A DNA stretch of 64,000 nucleotides, from contig JBHGNT010000003.1 of the NCBI GenBank assembly GCA_043228905.1, positions 1,798,001 through 1,862,000 of the forward strand. The letters are read 5' to 3'. The notes below the pieces were generated by a model that saw nothing but the letters and a program-made list of their open reading frames with translations, searched no databases and was not told the origin of the DNA. The position numbers were made by a program, and so were the translations under genes. This document shows positions 50,324 to 61,990 of the stretch, in pieces (the first letter of the stretch is position 1; every line of letters starts with the position of its first letter). Source of the stretch: Azolla caroliniana (Eukaryota; Plantae; Polypodiophyta).

Positions 50324-51683
50324 TTAGGTAATGACGTCTGTGCTAAGTTCGGGGCTATCATGGGGATACATGTCGGAAGGTCTAGAAAAAGTATAGAATG
50401 TTGGAGATGGTTTATGTCATTGCCAATACAAGACCAAGTCAACATCCTCCATGGAATCAGGGGTAGATGGGCTATGAGATCTGAAATCATTAACGCTCTA
50501 CTTATTAGGGAAGTTGCTCATCAAAGGATGACAACAGAGAAATGGATAGGCTACAAGGAGGAGGGCTCTTTGCTCCCAAAAGGTAGGGACACACCAGACA
50601 TGGCTTTGAATTGTAGGACAACGAGGCATCAACACAACGTAAGGCAATTCGAGTACTGGCATATACTAGGCATAAATGGATTGTAGATCTTGATCCGATC
50701 AAAGTATAGCCAGATTTGCACATATGTACTCATGAAAACACATGGCTATGTAAGGTCAATTGGGACCCTTTGCAATGGACATGGTTTGATCCTTATGCAG
50801 GGCAAGGAAGCAAATCTATCCCTTTCTTTCAATTCACAACTAGATTGGGTCGCCATATTATAGCCGCTCAATCTGCTCGAGATTCGATTGCAGCAAAGGT
50901 CTGGAAAACATATCATGTTCCTAACACAATTATCACAAAGTTTTGGCAGTAACTTTGGAAACAACAACACGCGAGGCGAATCACCACTTTCCAATGGGTA
51001 TTAATACATGAGTCACTACCGGTTTGTGCATGATAGCGTGGGAACCTCAGCTCTCCTAATTGTGTAGTGTGTCCAACTGTAGTAGAATCAATACGACACG
51101 CTCTATGGGATTGCCTAGAGTCTCATCGAATATGGCGAAGGGTTGGCCGTTTATTACAATTATGCCAGGTGCAAGGCTCAATCAAGTGGGGGAATGTATG
51201 TTGGCTATCATGGCAGGCCCCAGTTGATAGATATGAGCATCAAGAAGAGGGGATGACTTTGGTTATAAAAGCACAAGAGGTTTTTTTCTCCATCATCGAC
51301 AATGTCCACTCAACTCCAATCAATGCCAAATCTCAAGTTGTGTTAGAATTGGTCAACCTAATAGCTCTTTGGATTCTAGGGAAATAACGGTGTAGACTGG
51401 TCTTCTCCAACCAAACCGTGCAGCCAATAATGTTAATGCAAGAGATATGGAGTGAAGTGGTAGCCACTCTAAAGAGTCAATATGATAGCCTCAAATGTGA
51501 CTCCGATGGAGTTGAAAGACAACGACTAGCCTTCATCCAACAATGGTCGTCCTCCCCCTTTATTAAGTCGATGGGCATCTACATAAGATGGACCTATCGT
51601 GTCCCTACAGGGATTTGTATATACTAATCTCATCTGTAAAATTTTATAACTAATGGAAGGAGTTTTTTTGGGGGGAAAAAAAA
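50324..51683 (+). mobile_element. Degenerate L1-type LINE 3' portion (zf-RVT region)
   Basis: WVLIHESLPV..CVVCPTVVESIRHALWDCLESHRIW and LWILGK*RCRLVF motifs, in-frame stops and an A-rich tail. Confidence 0.8.
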
Positions 51684-51685
51684 GC

Positions 51686-52200
51686 ATCTACAACATCCTG
51701 TTGTTCATATACCATTAAATTATCTTTTCCCACTACCCATAATAACGCCCCCCATGTACACACCGCTTGAGGAGATACTAATTTCAACAATGTTATTATT
51801 CTTCTCGATATTTCTACCACAATGTCATAACTGCACAAACAATGCTTAACAATCTCCAGTAGATTCGTACAAAAAGAGCACATATTGTCTGCATTAACCC
51901 TTTTCACCAACCATTAATTGGTATATCTCTATGAACCAACAATGATGATGCTAGGAGTCAATGTTGGCTAACAATAGCAGGAAAAACTAGCGCCTTTTGC
52001 ATATCTAGAAAGTTGTCTTGACTAAGACCGATATTTTGGCTACTTTCCGAATGACCCCACAACCTATAGTCCCACCCAAAGAGGTTGGACCACTGAAAAC
52101 AAACGACTTTCCTACTTATTTGTATGCCCCATGAACATTTCCAAAATGGCTTGATATGTTGTGGACAAAGTCAATCCGTCTCTAGAAATCATTTTTAGTT
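51686..52200 (-). mobile_element. L1-type LINE zinc-finger fragment in opposite orientation
   Basis: CSFCTNLLEIVKHCLCSYDIVVEISRRI resembles the zf-RVT pattern C-x2-C..E...H....C. Confidence 0.6.
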
Positions 52201-52907
52201 GGTTCCTTCCATGATCTAAAACCTAATATTTGGACACATTTTATTAAATTATCTTTTTCGGTTTAATTGGGAGAAGAAACAAAAATATGTAATCACATAC
52301 GTCAACATCAAATCTGTTTTTTAGGTTTAACGTGTAATCGCATGTCGATATCTGACCTATTGCTATTGATACTAGAAGTATTTGGTGTCTATTTCTTATA
52401 TATTTGAAAATTGAAATATTTAATGTATTCTACATATGAATGCATTCTTTCTTTTGATTCTAAGTACTTTAAACAAGTAGAATGCTTGGTAAATACTTTG
52501 CATATGACATATTGTGTACATATGCCATGCCACATATGCTAGAAGTTACAACCATGATGTAGCAACAAGCATCCCATATTATAAATATTGGGGAGGGCTT
52601 CGTTTTGATATAAGACAACTTTGAGTAAGATGTGCGATTGGGAAATGCCATATTTTTAAGACACATTAACTTCTTCTTCTTCTTCTTTTCCCAAAAAAAG
52701 ACACATTAACCTTACTAATGGTTGTTTGAGTGTTGTGATGATATTGGATCAATGTTCACATGGACACTTAAGAGGACAAAGCATGAGGGAAGGTGTTTTC
52801 ACAAAAAGAAAAGAAAAATACATTGACATTAGAGTTGTTTCGATGGCTTTGCCTCTTTCGGCCAAAAATAAATAGAGAATGTTTGAAACAAAGGGAACAT
52901 TAAAATG

Positions 52908-53126
52908 TTCCTGCAAAAGCAATATGTCAATTTTACCCCCAATATTAAGGAGATTCAACTCCTCCCGAAGTCTTTTCCACTCTTGGTGCTGCTAGCCTCC
53001 ACCAAGGCCCTGTACATTCCATGTTAGGATCCTCATCCGAATACGGTGAGGTTGATGCCCTTGTATAGTCTCTTTGTAATAATCCGTCCTAATTAATGGG
53101 AAAGTAGCTTCATTTTGAGAGAAAAA
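52908..53126 (+). mobile_element. ~220-bp retro-insertion with A-rich tail and 18-bp TSD
   Basis: aaagggaacattaaaatg at 52890-52907 and 53127-53144. The insert ends in an A-run. Confidence 0.75.
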
Positions 53127-54730
53127 AAAGGGAACATTAAAATGGAGAGACCGATTCAAAGATTGTGTTTGAGATCAAGTTTGATACTTGAAATTGAGTG
53201 ATTTGAGAACTAGTTTGTATATACCATTTATAATATTGTTATCCTTTTCTTGGCTATAACTTATATTCTTAGGTAGTTGTCTGAATTGCACAATAGTTTG
53301 CAAAATCTTGAAGTGATGTGACGAGAAACATAAACCAATGGGCAATGACAGAGAAAAGGACATAGGACTAGAAGCATTGGTAAGAGGAAGAAACATTGAC
53401 AAGTTCTCTATGCCAAAATGCCAAATATTTAGGAAGGTGCGACTTAATGAATTTAATGTGAGAAGACGATGAAGATGACTTGTCCACACTAAAATTCAAG
53501 TATGAAGATTGAAGGAATGACACATGAAAAAGAAAACTACTTAGGCTCAAACTTACAAATACAAAATTTCAAAGATCTTAAATTTATTTTGAACTTGCTA
53601 ATAGCTATCACTAAATATATACCATAAGTAAGCACATATCTATTTTCAATGGAATTTACTACAAAATGCATCAATCTCAATCTAGATCATGGTGTGACTA
53701 TGAATCGCTCAATCAGTTTCTCTATTGAGCTCCCAAATTTGGCTTTTAAGTCCTCTCCATTTATCATTGTCCAAAAACCCTAATGTCGAGGAAACCCCTT
53801 CATTCTTCACTTGTTTTTGAGGCAATATCAATTTTCACTGATGTTTCATCCTCATATTCCTCAGTGTCTTGTTTCACCACCTCACTCGGACACTCTTTAA
53901 GAATGTCATCATATTTGTGCTACTTAAAATATGACCTTTCGCAACGCTCCAATTTATAGGGCCCATTGGGCATCTTTTACACCACATTGTTCACTTTCAA
54001 CTTTTGATTCCTTCATTGCCCACCTCAATGACAACGGCCAAGAATGCTCCATCTTCTCTATATTCTCTAGGTCAATCATAAACATGAGGAAGGTCTTCCA
54101 CCTCTCCAGATTCTACATTAAAGTTTCATGGCTAAACACAATGAAGTCTCATGCCCTCCAAGATTCCACATTAAAATTTTGTCAATGAACACAAGGTTTG
54201 GCACTCATCTAGGATCCCACCTTAAAGTTTCAAATTATTCATTTCATTCTCTTCCTTCTCTCTTAAGAGTAGTCTTGAAATAACTCCTGAGACTTGACAA
54301 TTACAAACTCCTTAGGTTCACCCATTGTAATTGTATGAGCAACGAAATCAATCAGTACAAATTTAAAAGAAACTCTTTTGGTGAACATGTGGTCCTTGAG
54401 CTTCTTATTTTTAGAGGTTACCTTGGAGCTTCTTATTCTTAAAGTGAATTTGGAGCTTGACTGTATTTGGTTTAGATCTTTCATTTCGCCACCAGATGTA
54501 TAAGAGCGTTATCTTTGAATAATTAAAAAACAAACCTTGAGTTGCTTGACTTAAAGGTTGATGTTGTACTCCTAAATCCTTATAAGATTAAAACACACAA
54601 AATGTAACAAATGTGTGATGCCCTTGTCATACATACTTTTAGCACAATATTAGCCTTCTCACATGTTCCATGAATTCTGGAGTTTGTCGGGCTGTATTGG
54701 ATGCATACTACATGAACTTTTGGTCTTGCT

Positions 54731-54957
54731 ATTCATGTTCACTCTCTATCGTTCTTTGGCATCCTCTCCTAACTTTATTCCCATTTTCAATTCAGAAATA
54801 TTAACAAAAGAAAGCCATAAATGATCAAGACCAGAAACCAAATTCATGTTCACTCTCTATCGTTCTTTGGCATCCTCTCCTAACTTTATTCCCATTTTCA
54901 ATTCAGAAATATTAACAAAAGAAAGCCATAAATGATCAAGACCAGAAACCAAATTCA
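54731..54957. repeat. Exact tandem duplication, 2 x 111 bp
   Basis: attcatgttcactctctatcgttctttggc... at 54731 and 54842. Confidence 0.92.
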
Positions 54958-56933
54958 ATGTTGAATATTTATTATTGTCATATCCATATTTTTGAAATTC
55001 ATGAGAGTAGAAAAGACAGGCTCATATGGTATATAGAAAGTAACTTTGAAGATGTTGATTTGCATATAACACAATAAAATATCTCTCATTCATTTATCTA
55101 GCATACTCTTTTGTATTCTTGAATTGTGTTGAGGCTTAAAGCTTTAGTGCGCATTTGTGAAGAATATACCTTTGTCGACTCGAGGCATGCTTATCCACAT
55201 GTTTACTTTGCATAACCATGTTGGTAAACATTGTGTTTGAAAGACAAAATAGTCATGGACTCAACCCCAACAAACAAACTTTCTTGAGTTTATGAACCAA
55301 GTCATGTTAGCCACTACATTGTGGCCTAGGCTTGTCTTGAAGCTCAAAAATAGATGAGGAAATAGAGTGAGGAGTGGGAGAGAAATACCATTATTGGGAG
55401 TGGGGAATAAGGAGAGAGGGATACATAGGGAGAGTTAGGCAAAAGGAGGGTAGCTTCTCTCTCACAAGATCCACACCTTGCATACAATACATAACAAACA
55501 CGATACACTACTATGTGTTATTACTGTGGACATTGAGTCCTATCTCAATTATAAGAGGCATAAACTATAAAACACATGTAAACAAATGTACACTAAGAAC
55601 GTTTTAACCATCGAAAGAACTACCCGTAAACTAATTTATCTCAACATGATAAAAAAGGATAAAACATTGTGTATTTTCGCCAATCACAAATGCCTCAACA
55701 AGTTTGCCCTCATAAACTAAATATCCTTAGCTAAAATGGATGACCACATTAAGTAGTTGTTGAGGATATTCCCATGAGTCAATTTGGGATATAGTTGGAT
55801 ATTTCCCGGTTCTTGCTTCTCATACCTACCTTGACATTTAATGCTTCAACATGGAAGATGTACACGGAGTACACATTACACCGCACACACTAGAATAAAC
55901 ATGTGTCATTAAGTAGTTTGACATTAATTTTTTGTTCAAGTAATAAAAGAGCAATAGTAAGGTTGGTAAGCATAACCTTCCCATTATATCATCAAGATAA
56001 CTTTTAAGTTTAAGGGTTTTAATTGGTGGCCCTTTGAGTCTATAAACAATGATTTGTTGGCATAACATAATGATAACAATCAGATTCTGTTTTTGAGCTA
56101 AAAGTTGCCATTCCTGTATTTCCTTTGGGGATTGTTTGTCTCATTGTTTCTCATTCCCTAAGTAACAGGGAACAAATTTTATTCTTGACGGTCTTGGTAA
56201 ATTGTGATTGTCCTTTTCTATCTAAATGTTTTCTCGAAGGCTCGAAGCTGTGGTTTTCCCTGCCTGCATTTCTCTTTTCGTTTACAAAAGCACTAGTGTT
56301 AGTGTTTGACCAAGTTTCGGATAGTGTGTGTGTGTGTGGGACAATGATTGAACATTAATATGAGAAATGACACGTTCACCCAACAATTGCAAATGAGATG
56401 GAGCAAGAAGTTAGACATAGATCATGCATAATCGTGGATGAGGTTGTGCATGATATGTATGGGTCATTTATGGTTATGAATGTGATAATAATGAGTCATG
56501 TCATGAATGGACACGTGATACTACAAAGTTCACTACACAAAAACTCACCAATTAGAAAACCTTGTTAACCACGATCCGATTATACCTTTTGTTTTGGATA
56601 ACAGAGCAGTACACATGATTTTTACTTCACTCTTGCGTTCACATAACTATAAGAGATAAAAGTTAACATATATAATGTGACGGATTGTTCATAATCAATG
56701 ATACGACAATCTTCTTTACATTGCTATTTCAGTAAAATTTTCATTCACATTAATGGACACACAACATGAATAATGGCCCTTTTTTTAATCGAATACCCCT
56801 TCACTAGGATTCAACCCTTGTTAATTGGCACAATATGTCACATTCTCACCTATAGGTTCCTCCTTCACGTCGCCTTGTTATCTTAAATTATCCATGCTAC
56901 TTGTTTAGGCATTGATAACAAAGTTCAAATAAG

Positions 56934-57032
56934 TATCAAGGATCATGCAACCACGATTTGGTGGTGACCTTAACATGTTCTCTTAAAGTCAAAATCCCCT
57001 ACTAATGCCCAAATTCGAGTGGCGAAGTATCA

Positions 57033-57102
<70 letters not shown>

Positions 57103-57103
57103 T

Positions 57104-57134
<31 letters not shown>

Positions 57135-57175
57135 TACATACATACATACATACATACATACATACATACATACAT

Positions 57176-57260
<85 letters not shown>

Positions 57261-57742
57261 TGTACATACATACATATCAAGGATCATGCAACCACGATTT
57301 TGTGGCGACCTTAACGTGTTCTCTTAAAGTCAATATCCCTTGATGAAGTTCCATGCTATAGCTACTCCGTGTCTCTGGAATGATGCAAGACTAATGCCCA
57401 GATTCGAGTGGTGAAGGATCATACATACACATACACACACAACACACAACACACATACGTACGTACATACACACACACATACGTACATACACATACATAC
57501 ATACATACATACATACATACATACATACATACATACACATGTCACACACATACATACATACATACATACATACATACATACACATGTCACACACACACAT
57601 ATACATATGTACATACATACATACATACATACATACATACATACATACATACATACATACATGCATGCATACATACACATGTCACACACACACATATACA
57701 TATGTACATACATACATACATACATACATACATACATACATA
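56934..57742. repeat. Compound (CA)n/(CATA)n microsatellites within a duplicated ~100-bp unit
   Basis: Long CA and TACA runs at 57035-57275 and 57420-57742. tatcaaggatcatgcaaccacgattt occurs at 56934 and 57275. Confidence 0.92.
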
Positions 57743-57949
57743 CTATTTCTCCTCGGCTCCCCAAAAAACAGTTTTTTTTTCTTACTTACTTAAACTCACA
57801 TCAGTCTGAAACCGAGGTTTACTGTGGGGGAGAAAGACGCAGATTTCTCTCCCCTACTTTGCTTTCTGCTTTCTGCTTTCTTCTTCACCTTCTTCTTAAT
57901 CTTCATCTTCATCTTCATCTTCTTCTGCTTAGTTCTCTTACAGTCTTGA

Positions 57950-60042
57950 ATGAAGACAGCTTGGACCCCTAAGCTGCTGCCCTCCATGATCCTTCCCCAT
58001 TCCAAATGCTTCTCAATCTTGTGCATAGCTGGCCTACTGATAATCTCGGTCATCACTCTCCATCTCATCAGTACAAAACCTTGTAGCATTCACTGTGACA
58101 AGGTAATCCATCCTTCTACCCATTCATTCATTCATTCGTATGTAATATGTATTATATAGATATGGAAGAATAAAAAAGAGAGGCAATGAAAGCCTATTGG
58201 AACAGTCTGCTCCTTCAGTTGTTTTTATTAAGCCTTGAAAGGAATGCGCGGAAGATGATTAGATGTGAATTCATGGCGGCTCCTTCTTCTGAATGTTTAT
58301 ATCACGTAACGGCCGAGTTCTTAATCTCATGTAAATGAACAGTAATCAACCGTTAATGATTTTATGCCCGTAAGTTCAATATACTTCTCATTAAACCCTC
58401 ATGTAAATTCATTAAAGTACCCCGTTAAATCAAATCCTTATGTAAATGTATTAGAAAACCCCTCTTTAAATCCTAGTGTAGACTCATTCAAAAATCGTAA
58501 TGATCATTGCATTTTTCTTTTTTTCTTAATCCTTAATCAAATTATATACCGAGTAAAATCCGCAATAGTTATGCACGGAAAAGTCTTGAAACATTTGATT
58601 CAGAAAACGATGAAATTTAATATCAGCTTGATTATTTTGACTTTTCCATCAGATTAAGAACTTTATCTACTACAGGTGTAAAATCCAATTACATAATAAA
58701 AATGAGAAGAAATTTGTAAAGCACGTATGGTTGAGGGTTTGTTTTTTTTTTTTTTTTAGGGGGGGGGGGGGGGGGTAAGGGGCAGCGGGGAAGGAAATAG
58801 AAATGAAACAAAATCCTCAACATAAGAAGAAGAACGATCTTTGAAATGAGAAATAAGATGAATGACAACAGCGTTGAATGATGTGATAGATGCAGAGATT
58901 GATATGGAGGTTTGGAGACAAAAATGGTGATAATGTGAAGCAGCAACAGGAGGAGGTGAAGGAGGAGGAACCTGGACAGGTATTAGCTAGGAATTTTTGG
59001 GCAACGATTGCAGCCGGATCTCCAAGAGTATCCCATAGATGCAAGGCATCATGCAGCAGCAGTAGAAAAAGTAGTGGTGGTAATGGTGGATATGTGAGCA
59101 GTAGCAATGATAGCACTGCGAAGGGGAGTAACTACTCTAGCTATGGTGTCACATGCCCAGACCACTTCAAGTGGATAGAGAGGGATTTGGAGCCATGGAA
59201 GAAGCCCAAAATCAGCAGAGCCTTGCTCAGGATGGCACAGCACGACTCGGCCTTCGAATCTTCGTTCCGAGTGGTTTTGAAAGGCGGGAAAGTGTACGCG
59301 GGCGGCATCGGAAACTGCTACCAGAGCCGGGCCATCTTTAGCCTCTGGGGACTCCTACAACTCACCACATTCTATCGGGGTCTCGTACCCGATGTCGAGC
59401 TCGTGTTCGGATGCGGGGACAAGCCTGCGGTGTGGAAGCCGCCTGGGCCTCACAGTGTGAACGCGAGCTTTAAAAGTAGGGTACCGGACGCTCCTCCACC
59501 CCCAGTCTTCCGATACTGCACTACCCCGCTACATTTCGACATCCCATTCCCCGACTGGTCCTTCTGGGGATGGTAAATACAACTCTCTCTCTCTCTCTCT
59601 CTCTCTTGGTGAAAACACATAATTATATTACTAAATGTGTGTGAAAAACATTGCTTAAATGGGTGTCACAATAGAGTATGCTCACCCACTAACTACATGG
59701 GTAGTGGAACATGTTGAATTGCCAATAGGCAAGATGAATCTCTCTCTATCTCTTTGTTTTGGTGAAAAACACACAATTATATTAATAAATGTGTGTAAAA
59801 AACACTATTTACAATGGGTGTCACAATAGAGTATGCTCACCCACTAACTACATGGGTAGTGGAACATGTTGAATTGCCAATAGGCAAGATGAATCTCTCT
59901 CTCTATCTCTTTGTTTTGGTGAAAAACACACAATTATATTAATAAATGTGTGTAAAAAACACTATTTACAATGGGTGTCACAATAGAGTATGCTCACCCA
60001 CTAACTACATGGGTAGTGGAACATGTTGAATTGCCAATAGGC

Positions 60043-60085
<43 letters not shown>

Positions 60086-61522
60086 CGCCCTTCTCCACCG
60101 CACTCTTTCATCACATGGTCTTGGAGCTGTCCATTCTCCCTTTTACAAGTCCTTACTTATTATAATGTGGGTTTTAAATATACCAATTAGGGGGGTATAT
60201 TTCATATTACAAGGTTAGGCTTTGATCCCATAATGTGCCATAAGACCCGATGATATTCTCATGTTTCCTTTGGAAAATATCAAAGGACACATAACTTTAT
60301 GATAGGTGTGGATTCTGGTCTTTAAAGTAAACTTTAATCATACGCTATAGCATTCTTTTACAACTCTGAAGTTTACTCAAACTTTGTCGAGAGCTCCCTA
60401 GGTTCCCATGAATGAGTTCTTATTTTGAATTGATGATCATCAAGGAGTAAACACACGAAATGGTAGCCACATGTTCTCGAGGAAATTGAAGGGAATGTGG
60501 TAGTTTATAATAATTATTTCAGCATATTTTAATTCTAAGATGAAAGTAGTGCATATACCTTTATTAGATAGAGATGGTGAGTGCCTAGTCTAATTCCTAC
60601 TTATTATACTGTAAACAAATGCATTGGGTTTTGTGGTGATGTGTTAAAAGATATTGTTTCTTCTTTTTTGCCTTTCCATTCTATTCATTAATTATACACA
60701 ATTTCCTGTTGTTATCCCTCTCATGCTTTGACTAATAGATTTCTTTCTCCTTACTCTAGACAACTTTCTTTCTCGGGAATATCAATATGTTCTTGCTGCT
60801 CGTATCTTTTCTCCATAATGTGACCCTATCAATTAAAAAGACATTGTTGTAGATGTCAATGCAAAACATATTCTGTGATTTTCTTTACATGATCTATAAG
60901 ATGGGGTTTCCTTGCACACATGGTTTTGATATAATATGTATGTAAATCTAGAATTCTGAGCTTTAAGAAACTGCGGAATGTATAATTGTGAATCACAATC
61001 TACACACAACATTCCACGTGTCATATTGTGATATTTCACACGTTAATTATTCTAGCTTCTCACTTGATAGTGGAGTGAATGCTTGCTAGCCAACTAGCAA
61101 GCATACAATAAGACTAGTCCCAACTCTAGACTAACCTACATTAATTGTGCCAATTGTTTTAATTTATTGTTTGTATAATTTTATAAAAAGATAACATGCA
61201 TTACTATTCAAGTTTCAAGTTCCAACACATTCATATCAATACATGTATCAATTGCGTTAGTGCATCACCAACACACAATTATAATATAGTTATCAATGTT
61301 CATATTACGTCCAATAACTATATTTATCGTTACTCTTGTAGGCCAGAGGTGAATATTCAACCCTGGGAAATTGAACGACAAAGCATTGAGGAAGGTGCAA
61401 GTAAGACCCAATGGAGAAAAAGACTCCCAAAGGCATTTTGGAAAGGAAATGTCTTCATGGGTGAAGGAACGCGAATGGAGCTCACAAAGTGTAATACGGA
61501 TGTGGCTGAAATTTTGATTCAG
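57950..61522 (+). CDS. Glycosyltransferase family 90 (CAP10/POGLUT-like, DUF821), 5' part; continues beyond the window
   Basis: Exons 57950-58102 (type II signal anchor), ~58890-59572 (TCPDHFKWIERDLEPWK, CYQSRAIFSLWGLLQL, VPDVELVFGCGDKP, FRYC..FDIPFPDWSFWGW) and 61342-61522 (PEVNIQPW..AFWKGN). The exon 2 acceptor is uncertain (58890 or 58896). Confidence 0.88.
59583..60082. repeat. Tandem repeat, ~155 bp x 3, bounded by (CT)n
   Basis: atgggtgtcacaatagagtatgctcacccactaactacatggg at ~59659, 59814 and 59971. Confidence 0.9.
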
Positions 61523-61990
61523 GTGTGTATGAGCATGTAATTTTGAGAAAGCATAATGTGGGGAGGAGAGAGAAAACCATTCCATTCCATTGGACGATAG
61601 TACACATAGGTTTATTCAATGTCCTATTGCTCATACCATTTGGAAGTATTTTCAGAGATTTTACAAGTTTGACCCGTTGATATTTGAGGCCTACACAATA
61701 AGTCTTTACATAGTATGTTCAGAATGGTCCAAAAGATGAGATGAAGATCATATTCCAATTTGCACACTATTGGTGGTTACATGATAGACATGGAGTTAAA
61801 GCATATATTAGGAAGTTTAAAGGTATTCTTATGTGGCACTTTTGGGTATTGGAGCATGTTGGGATTGTCCTCAAGTGTATATTCAAGTTTGTTGATGGCT
61901 TTAGAGAATGTCCCTCTATCTTAATAGAGAGGGTTAAATGGTTGGAATGGTGGTTTTTACATGAAATTAATTTGTATGCTTGAGAGAGAG

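Noticed and set aside
55305-55500. Possible solo LTR (tgttag..aaaca)
   Set aside because: No TSD, PBS, PPT or second copy.
57002-57972. His/Thr- and Cys/Val-rich ORFs
   Set aside because: They are translations of CA/CATA microsatellites.
19221-61522. UGT plus GT90 as a biosynthetic gene cluster
   Set aside because: They are unrelated GT families ~36 kb apart, separated by housekeeping genes, with no scaffold-forming enzyme.
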